A stretch of 64,000 bases of DNA. It comes from a virus. Shown here in pieces: positions 27,529 through 36,363 of this stretch. The translations under genes were made by a program, and so were the position numbers. Numbering within the stretch: position 1 is the first letter of the stretch; each line of letters begins with the position of its first letter. Below the pieces are notes generated by a model, which was not told where the DNA came from, ran no database searches, and saw nothing but the letters and a program-made list of their open reading frames with translations. The stretch lies in IMG/VR virus record IMGVR_UViG_3300045119_000180, positions 40,075 through 104,074 of that record, one strand, 5' to 3'.

Positions 27529-27872
27529 GACGGATGACCGACAAAAAGCTTTACGACTTCTTTAAAATGTATAACATTAAGTTCTTTGGCGGTCGGATAG
27601 AGCTATTAGAGGAAAATGTCTATTTTACAGGAAGTAAGGAAATGGCTGGTTCGGACGGCCATTATAAAATAGATGAAAAAGAGTTGGTAATCGACGAAGC
27701 GTTGATAGATCATCAAAACCTAGTATTAATAGTATTGCTTCACGAAATGGTTCACGCGGATCTATATCAGACTGGCTATCTAGGCTATGAAGAAGATGGC
27801 GGCCATCACGTCCGGTTTTATGCAGGATTAGACAAACTGTACCAACAAGGTGCTTATGAGCCGCTTCTTTAA
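27525..27872 (+). CDS. SprT-like metalloprotease
   Basis: N.KFFGG, LLHEMVH, GHH..F. Confidence 0.65.
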   Translation: MRRMTDKKLYDFFKMYNIKFFGGRIELLEENVYFTGSKEMAGSDGHYKIDEKELVIDEALIDHQNLVLIVLLHEMVHADLYQTGYLGYEEDGGHHVRFYAGLDKLYQQGAYEPLL

Positions 27873-28013
27873 TACAATAGGCTGTTTTCTTTTAGGCCAT
27901 AAAGATAGTCCGTTAGACACAATGATGATCCGCTTTCCGGATATGACAGGAGAGTTTCATTACAGCTGGAAGTGTAAACGGTGCCGTAGAGTTCGTTGGT
28001 ATGAGAGGTAAAC

Positions 28014-28481
28014 GTGGCTGATCCTAATATTTCTATCCGCAAAACCCTCGTGAACGAAGGAGGATATAGTGATAATTCGGCCGACCATGGCGGACCTACA
28101 AATTTTGGTATTGCGAGTGCGAGCCACCCTGGCTTGGATATTAAGAATTTAACTGAAGAACAAGCTATTCAGATTTATAAAGAACAGTACTGGAAGGTTT
28201 ATTATAGCCAGATCGATAGCCAGGATCTGGCAGATAAAATTTTTGACGTCGGTGTTCTGTTCGGCGTCGGCCGTGCAGTCAAATTCCTGCAGTTCGTTTT
28301 GGGAGTTTCGGTTGACGGCGCATTCGGCCCTAATACGTTAGCCGAGCTGAACTCATCGGATGCTAATAAAGTGCTATCAGACTATAAGGTAACTCTAGTT
28401 GAACACGCTATGCAAATTGGGGCTAACGATCCGACGCAACGCCAGTTCGTAAGTGGTTGGGTCAGAAGGATCAATTCGTGA
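28014..28481 (+). CDS. Endolysin, GH108 lysozyme with peptidoglycan-binding domain
   Basis: EGGY...D.GGPTNFGI, Y...YW, DGAFGPNTL, F..GW.RRI. Confidence 0.9.
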   Translation: MADPNISIRKTLVNEGGYSDNSADHGGPTNFGIASASHPGLDIKNLTEEQAIQIYKEQYWKVYYSQIDSQDLADKIFDVGVLFGVGRAVKFLQFVLGVSVDGAFGPNTLAELNSSDANKVLSDYKVTLVEHAMQIGANDPTQRQFVSGWVRRINS

Positions 28482-28915
28482 ATAAACTCCGGTGGTCAGT
28501 CGCCGTAGCTGTCAGCCTTTTGCTATTGTGGTTCTGTTTCGACGCTACCCGGACGGTATTGACAATGCTGTTTCCTAAGCAGGCTACGATGAAAGGAATT
28601 TACCTCAAATGATGGAAAACGTCGCGTTGTGGGTGATTGTCCTGCAGGGGTTTTTCGTTATGTTTTATGAATACGACGTCTGGAGAATGAACAAGCATAG
28701 ATTCGAAGAGAGAGCTTTGTGGCGAGAACAGAAGCGCAAATCAGCGGTTAAGAAGCAAGAGGCCAAAAGTGAACCAGCAGGAAGTTGAAAAAATATTTTA
28801 CCGTAACAATATCATCCGGACGACCTGTTCAGTAATTAGCACGATGTGTTCAATAGTCGGGTGTATAGCAACGCTGGTAACTTTATGGCGGGTGTTTCAC
28901 ATCGCTGTTAAATGA
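28478..28915 (+). other. Three overlapping small single-TM ORFs after the endolysin (holin/lysis accessory candidates)
   Basis: MNKLRWSVAVAVSLLLLWFCF..., MMENVALWVIVLQGFFVMFY..., MNQQ...CSVISTMCSIVGCIATLVTLW; each under 60 aa. Confidence 0.35.
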
Positions 28916-30164
28916 TCTATCTAACCATAAAGAACAAAGGTAAGCGGATTTACGTCGTAGAGACGAAGGCCGCGCCCAGGAAGAAAAAAGAAAAGAAAGC
29001 TAAACCAAAGTTCGAAGTAAATGTCCCAGTATTCGTTCCACCGGTTCATCCCGGTCCGTGGTGCAGAATCTGTCACGATCCGGTGTACTTTTACGAATAC
29101 GAAGATATTTGTTTATATTGCGAAAGGGAAAATGGAACTGATAGAATATCTTAAAGCTAGACGGCAGGTTGAACAGGCTGATCCGGCTTTAGTCAAAGAG
29201 GCCGAAAGATTGGCTTTAATAGTAAAGCAGCGTGGTCTGCCAGCGGTCGATTTGATGTGGCAAGAGCTGTTTAAATTAGCTGAAGAGCCGCAGAAGGAGC
29301 TGTTTAATATCTTATGAAACTGTATCAAGCATTGCTTCTGTTCGGATTATCGGCGTTGGTCATCGGCGCAGTACTCCAGACTGCCATTCCCGATCCGCCT
29401 AAAGGTATGTCGTTCGGTATAGGGCTAAGCGCAGCATTATTAGCGTGGAAAGTGACGAAAAAGTGTTAAAAATTAAAAAGAATGAGTTAATTAAAGTTAT
29501 CCAGGATCTTCAAAAAGAACTCCGTCCGCTTTTAAATGATGGGCGTCGGTGGGGTTGGTGTCCTAATGACAAGCCGTGGCTGGAAAATCTGGCTTATGTC
29601 CAAGCGGACGCTTTCGTAGCTGAATTGAATGGCCATCAGCATTGTTGGCAAAAGGGCCATTACAGTTGTCTTATGTGCTGTGAATGCCAACCTTTTTACG
29701 GCAAGGGATTAGCGGAGGCGATTAAAAATGGCTAACGATAAGAAAGATAAAAAACCGAATTGGGATCGAAAGAATAGCCGATCCGCCGAATTGCATAAAG
29801 ACAAGAAGAAGGCCGAAAATGCTAGCCGGCCGAAGCAGACGTTCGTTAATGGCCGGTGGGAACGCGGATGAACGACGCCCGGAGACGTCGGCTTAAGCTA
29901 CAAGAGCGTATTAAAAGCCAAAAGCCGAAGGCTATGACGCACGAGCGTCTGGCCGAATTGATGGAGCAGCATTTTAATCCCAAGGCCAGAGTGTTCGTCT
30001 TTTTGGACAACAGCGAAGTAATGATAGCTGACGCGCCGGTAGCAGATATCACCAGGACGGTCCAGCGGTCAGCTAATCAAGGTTTATGGTTTACCGACGG
30101 CTATTGCATGACGTTCGTGCCGCCACACGAGATTAGACGAATAGGCATATTTAAAAAGGATTAA
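28912..30164 (+). other. Run of small hypothetical genes (28912-29154, 29132-29317, 29445-29735, 29868-30164)
   Basis: Short, closely packed ORFs with no recognisable motif beyond CxxC. Confidence 0.5.
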
Positions 30165-30818
30165 CGCTAACGCCCCAGCCAACAACATCATTATTGATGG
30201 CTCTGGTGTTTGTATTAGATCCTTACGATTATCTCTATCGAAGAAGTTTACCGCGCCGGCGTCAAACTCGTAAATGCCCGGATATAGTCCAGTAAACTCA
30301 AACGATAAAACACTACTAATGTCTAAATCTCGATCATGGTCACGGTCATGTTTGAATTGATTGATGTATTCAATTCCAGCTTCGTAAAAGTAGCCGAAAC
30401 CACCCGGTCGATTAAGCTCTAGATACACCACACTGAATGCACATCTAAAGCAGTTAGACATGGATATGCTGAAAGGGATGCCTATATTAAGAACCCCTTC
30501 GTCTATAAAGGCTCCTCCGGTCGATATCAAACCAGGAGTGACAACATTGCTGGTTATAGGTCCGCCAAATGTCTCGACAATTCTAGGCACGACACTTGGG
30601 TTTCCAAACCACTGAACTTGACTGTAAAGGTTGATACCGTCAGCTTTTACCAAACCCGCTAGTAATAAAGTTAACACTACGGCGAGTTTAGCTTTTTGAC
30701 AAACAAAGCTGATCGATTTCTTCAGTTCGTAAAGGAAGTTGACGTGCTGTTCTAGTTTGGTTTTGTTTTTGACCTCCTGTTCAAGTTTCGCGATTTCTTC
30801 AGATAGGGTTTTCATCAT
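30084..30818 (-). CDS. PEP-CTERM-like surface protein with N-terminal coiled-coil extension
   Basis: Internal signal-like LAVVLTLLLAGLVKA-D; TPEPS followed by TM IMMLLAGALALILF and K; GGAGG SD. Confidence 0.65.
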   Translation of the reverse strand: MMKTLSEEIAKLEQEVKNKTKLEQHVNFLYELKKSISFVCQKAKLAVVLTLLLAGLVKADGINLYSQVQWFGNPSVVPRIVETFGGPITSNVVTPGLISTGGAFIDEGVLNIGIPFSISMSNCFRCAFSVVYLELNRPGGFGYFYEAGIEYINQFKHDRDHDRDLDISSVLSFEFTGLYPGIYEFDAGAVNFFDRDNRKDLIQTPEPSIMMLLAGALALILFKYAYSSNLVWRHERHAIAVGKP

Positions 30819-30959
30819 GCCTCCTTGTATAAGATACCGCCGGTCCGTCTGAAGTTATGTTCAATATAGAACACAATGCGATTTTGTCTATACAATAAAA
30901 TCTGTAGGGTATAAGAAGGCAAGTCTAAAAAGAGTTACGTTGCTTGGTATTCCGAGCAG

Positions 30960-31115
30960 TCAATCTTTTTTATATATCAACTTAATCGATTTTTCTAGCT
31001 CTTTTAAGAAGCAGATGTGCCTTTCCAGATGTTCTTTATGGTCGGTTAGCTTTTTGATCTCTTGCTCTAGCTCCTCGATCTGTCTGGCTAATAGTGTAAT
31101 TTTTTCCGGTAACAT
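30960..31115 (-). CDS. 51-aa coiled-coil protein (not in ORF track), paralog of the N-terminus of 30084-30818
   Basis: MLPEKITLLARQIEELEQEIKKLTDHKEHLERHICFLKELEKSIKLIYKKD; GGAGG SD. Confidence 0.65.
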   Translation of the reverse strand: MLPEKITLLARQIEELEQEIKKLTDHKEHLERHICFLKELEKSIKLIYKKD

Positions 31116-31238
31116 CCCTGACCCTCCGCTACTATCGGTTGCTTACGATTGGATCGTTATCTCACATACACCCTACAAAGTCAAATACCGCCAATAGGGT
31201 ATTTTTAGTCACTTATTGGACACACCAGAAAAAAAGTC

Positions 31239-31267
31239 TTGACAAGAATTTAACAATTCGATATAAA
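31239..31267 (+). promoter_or_regulatory. Sigma70-like promoter
   Basis: A-tract, TTGACA-N17-TATAAA. Confidence 0.65.
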
Positions 31268-31311
31268 GATTATGTTAGATCCCTCCTAACAGAAAAGGAT
31301 AGGTATAGTTT

Positions 31312-31695
31312 ATGAAGTCTAAAGAACAAAAAGGGCCTCAGGGACCGCAGGTTCGCATTATTTCTAAATCCCAAATGCCCCCTTCTTTGGGGCGTGGTCG
31401 TCATTCAGAAGCTATGATTATCACGATGCCTTTTTGGTTAGATCTGGTAGAGAAGTTAAAGGAAGGGTTGAATCGGTCAGAAGCAGCGATAGTGGATTTC
31501 GGTGAACCTTTAATTGTAGACGGTAAGGAAATACTAATGGTTGGCGATAAAAAAGTCGAGAAGAAACAATTAGCAGCTCGTATTCGGTATCAATTCAGTA
31601 AGGCAGGATTCAATAAGAAGTATACCCTTCTCGTACCGGGGACAGGCGGCAGCCTGTTTGTGGTGGATAACGAGACGGCGGCCATGACACAATAG
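31312..31695 (+). CDS. Hypothetical protein
   Basis: 127-aa ORF downstream of promoter, AGG SD. Confidence 0.6.
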   Translation: MKSKEQKGPQGPQVRIISKSQMPPSLGRGRHSEAMIITMPFWLDLVEKLKEGLNRSEAAIVDFGEPLIVDGKEILMVGDKKVEKKQLAARIRYQFSKAGFNKKYTLLVPGTGGSLFVVDNETAAMTQ

Positions 31696-31955
31696 GCTCA
31701 GGGCCATTAATAAAGGACCAAAGGAATGGTTACCCAGATCAGGGCCTCTTCGGAGGCCCGGAACCTCGAAGTTGAAGTGGTTACGATGGCGTTAGCAGAA
31801 GTGGTTTTAAACGGAGACGTAAGTCTAGAAAGCGTGATGTCGGGTATCCAAGCTTTTCTTATGGCGTTGGTAGCTTCTGGCCAGGCGGACGCCGGCCCAG
31901 TTGGTTGCCATTTACACGAGATGGCTCCATTCTTCGAAAGCATGAAAAATAAAGC

Positions 31956-31983
31956 TTGACAAACCGATGTTCATTGCTATAAT
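31956..31983 (+). promoter_or_regulatory. Consensus sigma70 promoter, leaderless, for recombinase 1
   Basis: TTGACA-N16-TATAAT with extended TG; ATG 6 nt downstream. Confidence 0.75.
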
Positions 31984-31989
31984 GAAGCT

Positions 31990-32916
31990 ATGAACATCAA
32001 ACAGCAGTCTGAAATTTACATACGTCTTTTGACTAGTCGGAAGCGTAATCCGGCTAAACCTTCAACTCTTAATAGCTATAATTGCTATTTAAGACGGTGG
32101 ATCGTGCCAGAAATAGGTTCTATTGATTTAATAGACTACGAAAATGGCGCGATGAAAGACTTTATAGTTAAACTGGATGAAGCCGGACTGTCCCCGGCTA
32201 CCATTGCAGGTATTCAGAATTGTGTTAAGGGTATTGTTTCCAGTGCAGTAGACGAAAACGGTAATGAAATTTATGCTAGAAAATGGAATACTGAGTTCAT
32301 TGATGCTCCGCCGGTTGTAGCAAAAGATCAAAAAGCACCTACAATAACGTCACAAAAGCTCCAGGAAGCGATATCTAAAGCCGAGGCTCCGTTCGGTCAA
32401 CTGTTGGCTTTTCTAGCCGGATCGGGGCTGAGAGTGGGCGAGATGCAGGCTTTAAAGGTAGGTCCACAGGTTAAATCAAGTTATTGGGATCCCGATGAAA
32501 GTAAGCTGGTCGTCCGGATGACGATTTACCGCGGTAAAGAGCAAACGACCAAAACGCCAGCTGGCAACCGGGAAGTGGATATCTGCAGCACATTGAACGA
32601 CCTGCTGAAGGGGTTAAACCGTAAAGACGGCGAATGGTTGTTCCACGGCCGTACAAATGGCGTTATCAGGCCGATGACGGTATACGAAAAGGCGAAACAA
32701 CTGGAGATTCCGCCTGTTCATAGCCTTCGAAGGTTCCGATTGACGTATCTTGAGAATTCCGGGGCGCCTATGAGTCTGGTTAAGTTCTGGGCCGGCCATG
32801 CAACAGGGGATATCACGGAGCGGTATATCAAGTCGCGGGAGAATATCCAACTGAGAAAAGATTGGGTTGAGAAGATAGGATTAGGATTCAACTTAAAAGG
32901 AGAACAAAATGACTAG
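31990..32916 (+). CDS. Tyrosine recombinase 1 (no N-terminal arm domain)
   Basis: GLRVGE, TKT, HSLRR, GH, ITERY: full R-K-H-R-H-Y set. Confidence 0.9.
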   Translation: MNIKQQSEIYIRLLTSRKRNPAKPSTLNSYNCYLRRWIVPEIGSIDLIDYENGAMKDFIVKLDEAGLSPATIAGIQNCVKGIVSSAVDENGNEIYARKWNTEFIDAPPVVAKDQKAPTITSQKLQEAISKAEAPFGQLLAFLAGSGLRVGEMQALKVGPQVKSSYWDPDESKLVVRMTIYRGKEQTTKTPAGNREVDICSTLNDLLKGLNRKDGEWLFHGRTNGVIRPMTVYEKAKQLEIPPVHSLRRFRLTYLENSGAPMSLVKFWAGHATGDITERYIKSRENIQLRKDWVEKIGLGFNLKGEQND

Positions 32917-33097
32917 TAAAGAAATACGTGAGTTGCCTACATCTCTAACGGGGGAGTACGGCGAAGGTCAGCTTGACGCTACGCAAAATAGAAAGGTAGA
33001 ACTTATGTTGTTGCAAGAGATAGCCGCCCAACTGGCCGAGGCTAACGAATTACGGCGTAGCTCGGCAGATGCAGTGGGAAGGACTGGGCCGCGATGA
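32909..33097 (+). CDS. Hypothetical protein
   Basis: 62 aa, AGGAG SD. Confidence 0.5.
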   Translation: MTSKEIRELPTSLTGEYGEGQLDATQNRKVELMLLQEIAAQLAEANELRRSSADAVGRTGPR

Positions 33098-33279
33098 GTA
33101 GGCCAAGTAGGCCAATTGAAGGCCATATCCGAGACTTAAGTGATTGCAAATCCTCGAGTTATGTGTTCTTAAGTCTCGATATGGCGGAAGCACGGGAAAC
33201 TGTCTGACCGAATAACTAGTTTCTTTTCTGTATCTAAGCGGACTTTCGTAGTCCGATGAGTTGGCCAGGTTGGCCAGGT
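33092..33279. other. Putative attP region
   Basis: Direct repeats CGATGAGT(A/T)GGCCA(A/G)GT(A/T)GGCCA at 33092 and 33254 flank an 18-bp inverted repeat (33122-33140/33168-33185), between convergent recombinase genes. Confidence 0.55.
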
Positions 33280-34484
33280 AAAGTAAATCCCATACCAAGC
33301 CGTTCAGCCCACTCAAGCCTTATTGGTCGATCATTCAAAAGATGCACATACGTCTCGGAGATGTGCGTCTGCGCGTGCCCGGACCAGAAGTGCTGGAGCG
33401 ACTTTGGTACGGGGGACAGGTCAATGTGCTTCATCCGGAACCGGCGGAAGATGTTAAAGCCGCCGATCGGTAGGTTCAACTGTTTCAGTACCGGGTGCAG
33501 GTGGTCGTTGAGAAGGTTCGCCTGACTCAGTTGTGTCCCTTTCGTGTTCTGGAACAACAGGCCAGATGCCCTCGAGCCAACGTGGTTGCGTAGCATGTCT
33601 GCGAGTTCCGTGCACAGGTCTACTTCCCTTTCACCGTTCTTGGTTTTGAGGTACGGCTGGATAACACCTCGTTTGGCTTTCTGGTTGATGACGAGGGTTC
33701 TGAAGTCACCCGATATGTGACGAATTTCGAGTCCAAGAGCCTCTCCAACTCTAAGAGGTCCGCATCCGGCAAGGAGCGCATATAAGACTCCAATCTGGCC
33801 TGGGCTATTTCGGATAATTGCCGAGATTCCTTCGGCGTCAACTGTAGGTTGATTTTGGTCTTTGACGATTGGCGCATCGATATATTCCTCTTTCCACTTT
33901 CTTGGGAATAGTTCTTCACCGTTGTCGTCGATCGCAGATGCAACGACGAGTTTGGCGATAAGCGTATAGTCGCGGATTGAAGACGCGGCAAGGTTGGCGC
34001 CGACGAAGTATTCAACCAATTCCTTCATCGTACGGTTGGAGATAGCAGAGAGCAGTTCGGGGCCAATTCGGGGGTAGAGCCACTTGTCAAGTGTGTAGCG
34101 GCGGTTAGATATGGTTGTAGCTTCAAGCGGGTTGCGTTTGCGATTGGCCAACAACTTTAGCCATTGTTCGCCTTGCTGCTGGAAGGTGACATTAGACGTC
34201 GATTCGATGAAGGTTTGGTTAGAGTTGATACCGAGAGTTTCGAGCCGCTGACTAGCAGCCCTAGTTGCGATCGTCCTGGTCCGGCAGGGTCCGAGAGATA
34301 CAACTTCCCGCCGGCGGGATCCGTTCGCGTCTCGCCAAAATTGCAGATATGCTGGTGCGATTGGATCCCAGATGTCCGTAATCCTACGTCCTTTCTGAAA
34401 TACATAACCCTTTTGGTAAGAACGCCTTGCCAAAGAAGGCCCTCGCTTTCTGCGAGGAATTGCAATCGCGGACAACTCTATCAT
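33234..34484 (-). CDS. int: Tyrosine integrase 2 with N-terminal arm-binding extension
   Basis: RRSYQKG N-terminus; LRVGE, LKT, NIFRR, GH, ISETY. Confidence 0.9.
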   Translation of the reverse strand: MIELSAIAIPRRKRGPSLARRSYQKGYVFQKGRRITDIWDPIAPAYLQFWRDANGSRRREVVSLGPCRTRTIATRAASQRLETLGINSNQTFIESTSNVTFQQQGEQWLKLLANRKRNPLEATTISNRRYTLDKWLYPRIGPELLSAISNRTMKELVEYFVGANLAASSIRDYTLIAKLVVASAIDDNGEELFPRKWKEEYIDAPIVKDQNQPTVDAEGISAIIRNSPGQIGVLYALLAGCGPLRVGEALGLEIRHISGDFRTLVINQKAKRGVIQPYLKTKNGEREVDLCTELADMLRNHVGSRASGLLFQNTKGTQLSQANLLNDHLHPVLKQLNLPIGGFNIFRRFRMKHIDLSPVPKSLQHFWSGHAQTHISETYVHLLNDRPIRLEWAERLGMGFTLPGQPGQLIGLRKSA

Positions 34485-34768
34485 AAAGCTCTTTTCGCGG
34501 CCTTCTTTAATTTTGCGGCTAGTTGATCTTCAGCTTTATCGCCAGGCGTCCTTAAAATTTCTTCTTTCGCTGCGATAGGAACGGAAGTCTTTTCATGCGT
34601 TGTTTCGTAACAAAGTACGCAAACGACGTAATACGGCGTTTCGGTTTCTAACCTATGGCATCCGGCGATACATTCAGGATGAGGGTTGAGCTTTATAACG
34701 TCGTAACACTCTTTCGTTACGTGTCTAAACGCCGGCCCGCGTACTTCCAATCTAACGCAAACGCACAT
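34481..34768 (-). CDS. Hypothetical protein coupled to the integrase
   Basis: ATGA overlap with int start; Cys motifs. Confidence 0.4.
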   Translation of the reverse strand: MCVCVRLEVRGPAFRHVTKECYDVIKLNPHPECIAGCHRLETETPYYVVCVLCYETTHEKTSVPIAAKEEILRTPGDKAEDQLAAKLKKAAKRAL

Positions 34769-34776
34769 ACGCCCCC

Positions 34777-35031
34777 TTAAATGCTTTTTCGAATAAGATC
34801 AAGAACAGAAGCATTAGGATCTTCTGAAACCATACTGCTGTGAAGTTGAACCAGACCAGATAGGAAGCTATTGCCGAAAGTAGTTTTTTGTTCGACGTTT
34901 TTTAAAATTTCTTTAGGAGAATAAGATACTCCTGATACGGAGATAATCGCTAATTCACGATTAGCGGAGGGTATAGATTCAACCCACTCTTTAATAGTTT
35001 TAATGATCTCTTTATCGAAATCCTGACTCAT
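34777..35031 (-). CDS. Hypothetical protein
   Basis: 84 aa, AAGGA SD, AT-rich. Confidence 0.55.
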   Translation of the reverse strand: MSQDFDKEIIKTIKEWVESIPSANRELAIISVSGVSYSPKEILKNVEQKTTFGNSFLSGLVQLHSSMVSEDPNASVLDLIRKSI

Positions 35032-35104
35032 AGAAAATCCTTCATACGTTTTTGAGCCCTTGAATGACCATCTGCACCGAGAAACATCTGAATTGTTACG
35101 TTGT

Positions 35105-35488
35105 CTAATTTTTTAAAAACCAACCCTGCTTAAGATGACTTTCGCCGATAGATACTTTTAAACTTCTAACCCGTGATTTAGGACTATTAAATCCACTCGG
35201 GTCGTGAAAATGTTGAATATGTCCGTAAATGGCATAATCTAACAGGCGACTATTCTGCCGGCATACGGTTACTTGACAATCAGAACAGGTCCATTGGCTG
35301 TCGAATATTTCTTCTATCGTTGGAATTGTCGGCGTTCTAGGATGTTCTTTATCGTACTTTTCTTCACGGTCGTAGAACTCCGCTAGCCAACGCCAAAAAC
35401 GTTCTTCTTTTGCAGTATTCTGTATTCGGTATTCAAGACCGCTCAAAAGTTTCATAGTCGGATGTATACCTACCGTGGGGGTCGACAT
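35105..35488 (-). CDS. Hypothetical protein with possible C2H2 zinc finger
   Basis: WTCSDC...HIQHFH. Confidence 0.5.
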   Translation of the reverse strand: MSTPTVGIHPTMKLLSGLEYRIQNTAKEERFWRWLAEFYDREEKYDKEHPRTPTIPTIEEIFDSQWTCSDCQVTVCRQNSRLLDYAIYGHIQHFHDPSGFNSPKSRVRSLKVSIGESHLKQGWFLKN

Positions 35489-36215
35489 TAGCTAAAACCT
35501 TTCTAAGATCTCTGATCCGATCTTCTATTGTATCGCCTTTCGCTCTCCATTCTTCTGTCGTGCCGTACATACGGAAGCCTTGATGCGCTACTACCGGTTC
35601 GTCCGGATACTTGACCAACAGCCCTGAAGCCATCTGAACCCGCTGGATTAAACCGTCGTCCAACTCGCCAAATCGTTCGTTTGGACCAAAGAACCTGTCC
35701 ATATAGCCTTTTCTGTCAAGAAAGAACTTGTCGTTGATGTGCGGTATGACAAGTCGTAGCTTGTCGCGGTGGAAACAACTGCCGGGGTTGGAGTAGAAGT
35801 TACGACGCCAGTGTTTGAGTTTTCGTCCGCACGTTGCAAAATATTCTCCGGTTTCCTGTGCTTCGAAATGCCATTCGAAATAATTTGGTCGGACAAAAAT
35901 GTCTTCCTCAACTAGAAAAATAAACTCCGCGCCTGTTTGGTATCCTTGCCGCAACGACTGCAGTATGTTCCACGCGCCGGAAGGAACATCCGGTCGCTCT
36001 CTAGTGCGGAACACTTCTGCAGTCGGGAAGTAGTTATCGCGTACCCAGCACGTGGCTTCCATCCGTTCGTCTGGAGAGACGTCGAGAAAGATCCTGACGT
36101 CGATATTGGAATGATCGGCATGTTTAGCGTTTCGTAGCTTCTCGAGGGCCAATGCCAGCATTTCTATTCTTGAGCAGCAAGGTATCACGATAGTACTGCG
36201 AGGGATCGAAATCAT
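35433..36215 (-). CDS. GT-A (GT2-like) glycosyltransferase
   Basis: IVIPCCSR.E.L, FLD, FLVEEDIFV, DDG, HQG; GGAGG SD. Confidence 0.7.
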   Translation of the reverse strand: MISIPRSTIVIPCCSRIEMLALALEKLRNAKHADHSNIDVRIFLDVSPDERMEATCWVRDNYFPTAEVFRTRERPDVPSGAWNILQSLRQGYQTGAEFIFLVEEDIFVRPNYFEWHFEAQETGEYFATCGRKLKHWRRNFYSNPGSCFHRDKLRLVIPHINDKFFLDRKGYMDRFFGPNERFGELDDGLIQRVQMASGLLVKYPDEPVVAHQGFRMYGTTEEWRAKGDTIEDRIRDLRKVLANVDPHGRYTSDYETFERS

Positions 36216-36318
36216 CGAATGCCTCCGCCCACTTCTTGTCTGACACCTTTTCTACTGGACCGAACGTAGCTTTAACCCCGCCTGAAGCTAATTTATCACC
36301 GCCATTGAGCCTTGCCAT
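36124..36318 (-). CDS. Hypothetical protein
   Basis: AAGGAG SD then ATG 36318; overlaps the GT start. Confidence 0.45.
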   Translation of the reverse strand: MARLNGGDKLASGGVKATFGPVEKVSDKKWAEAFDDFDPSQYYRDTLLLKNRNAGIGPREATKR

Positions 36319-36363
36319 TGTATCTCCTTGCCGATATTGTACCGCTGGTGAAACCATTGTCAA

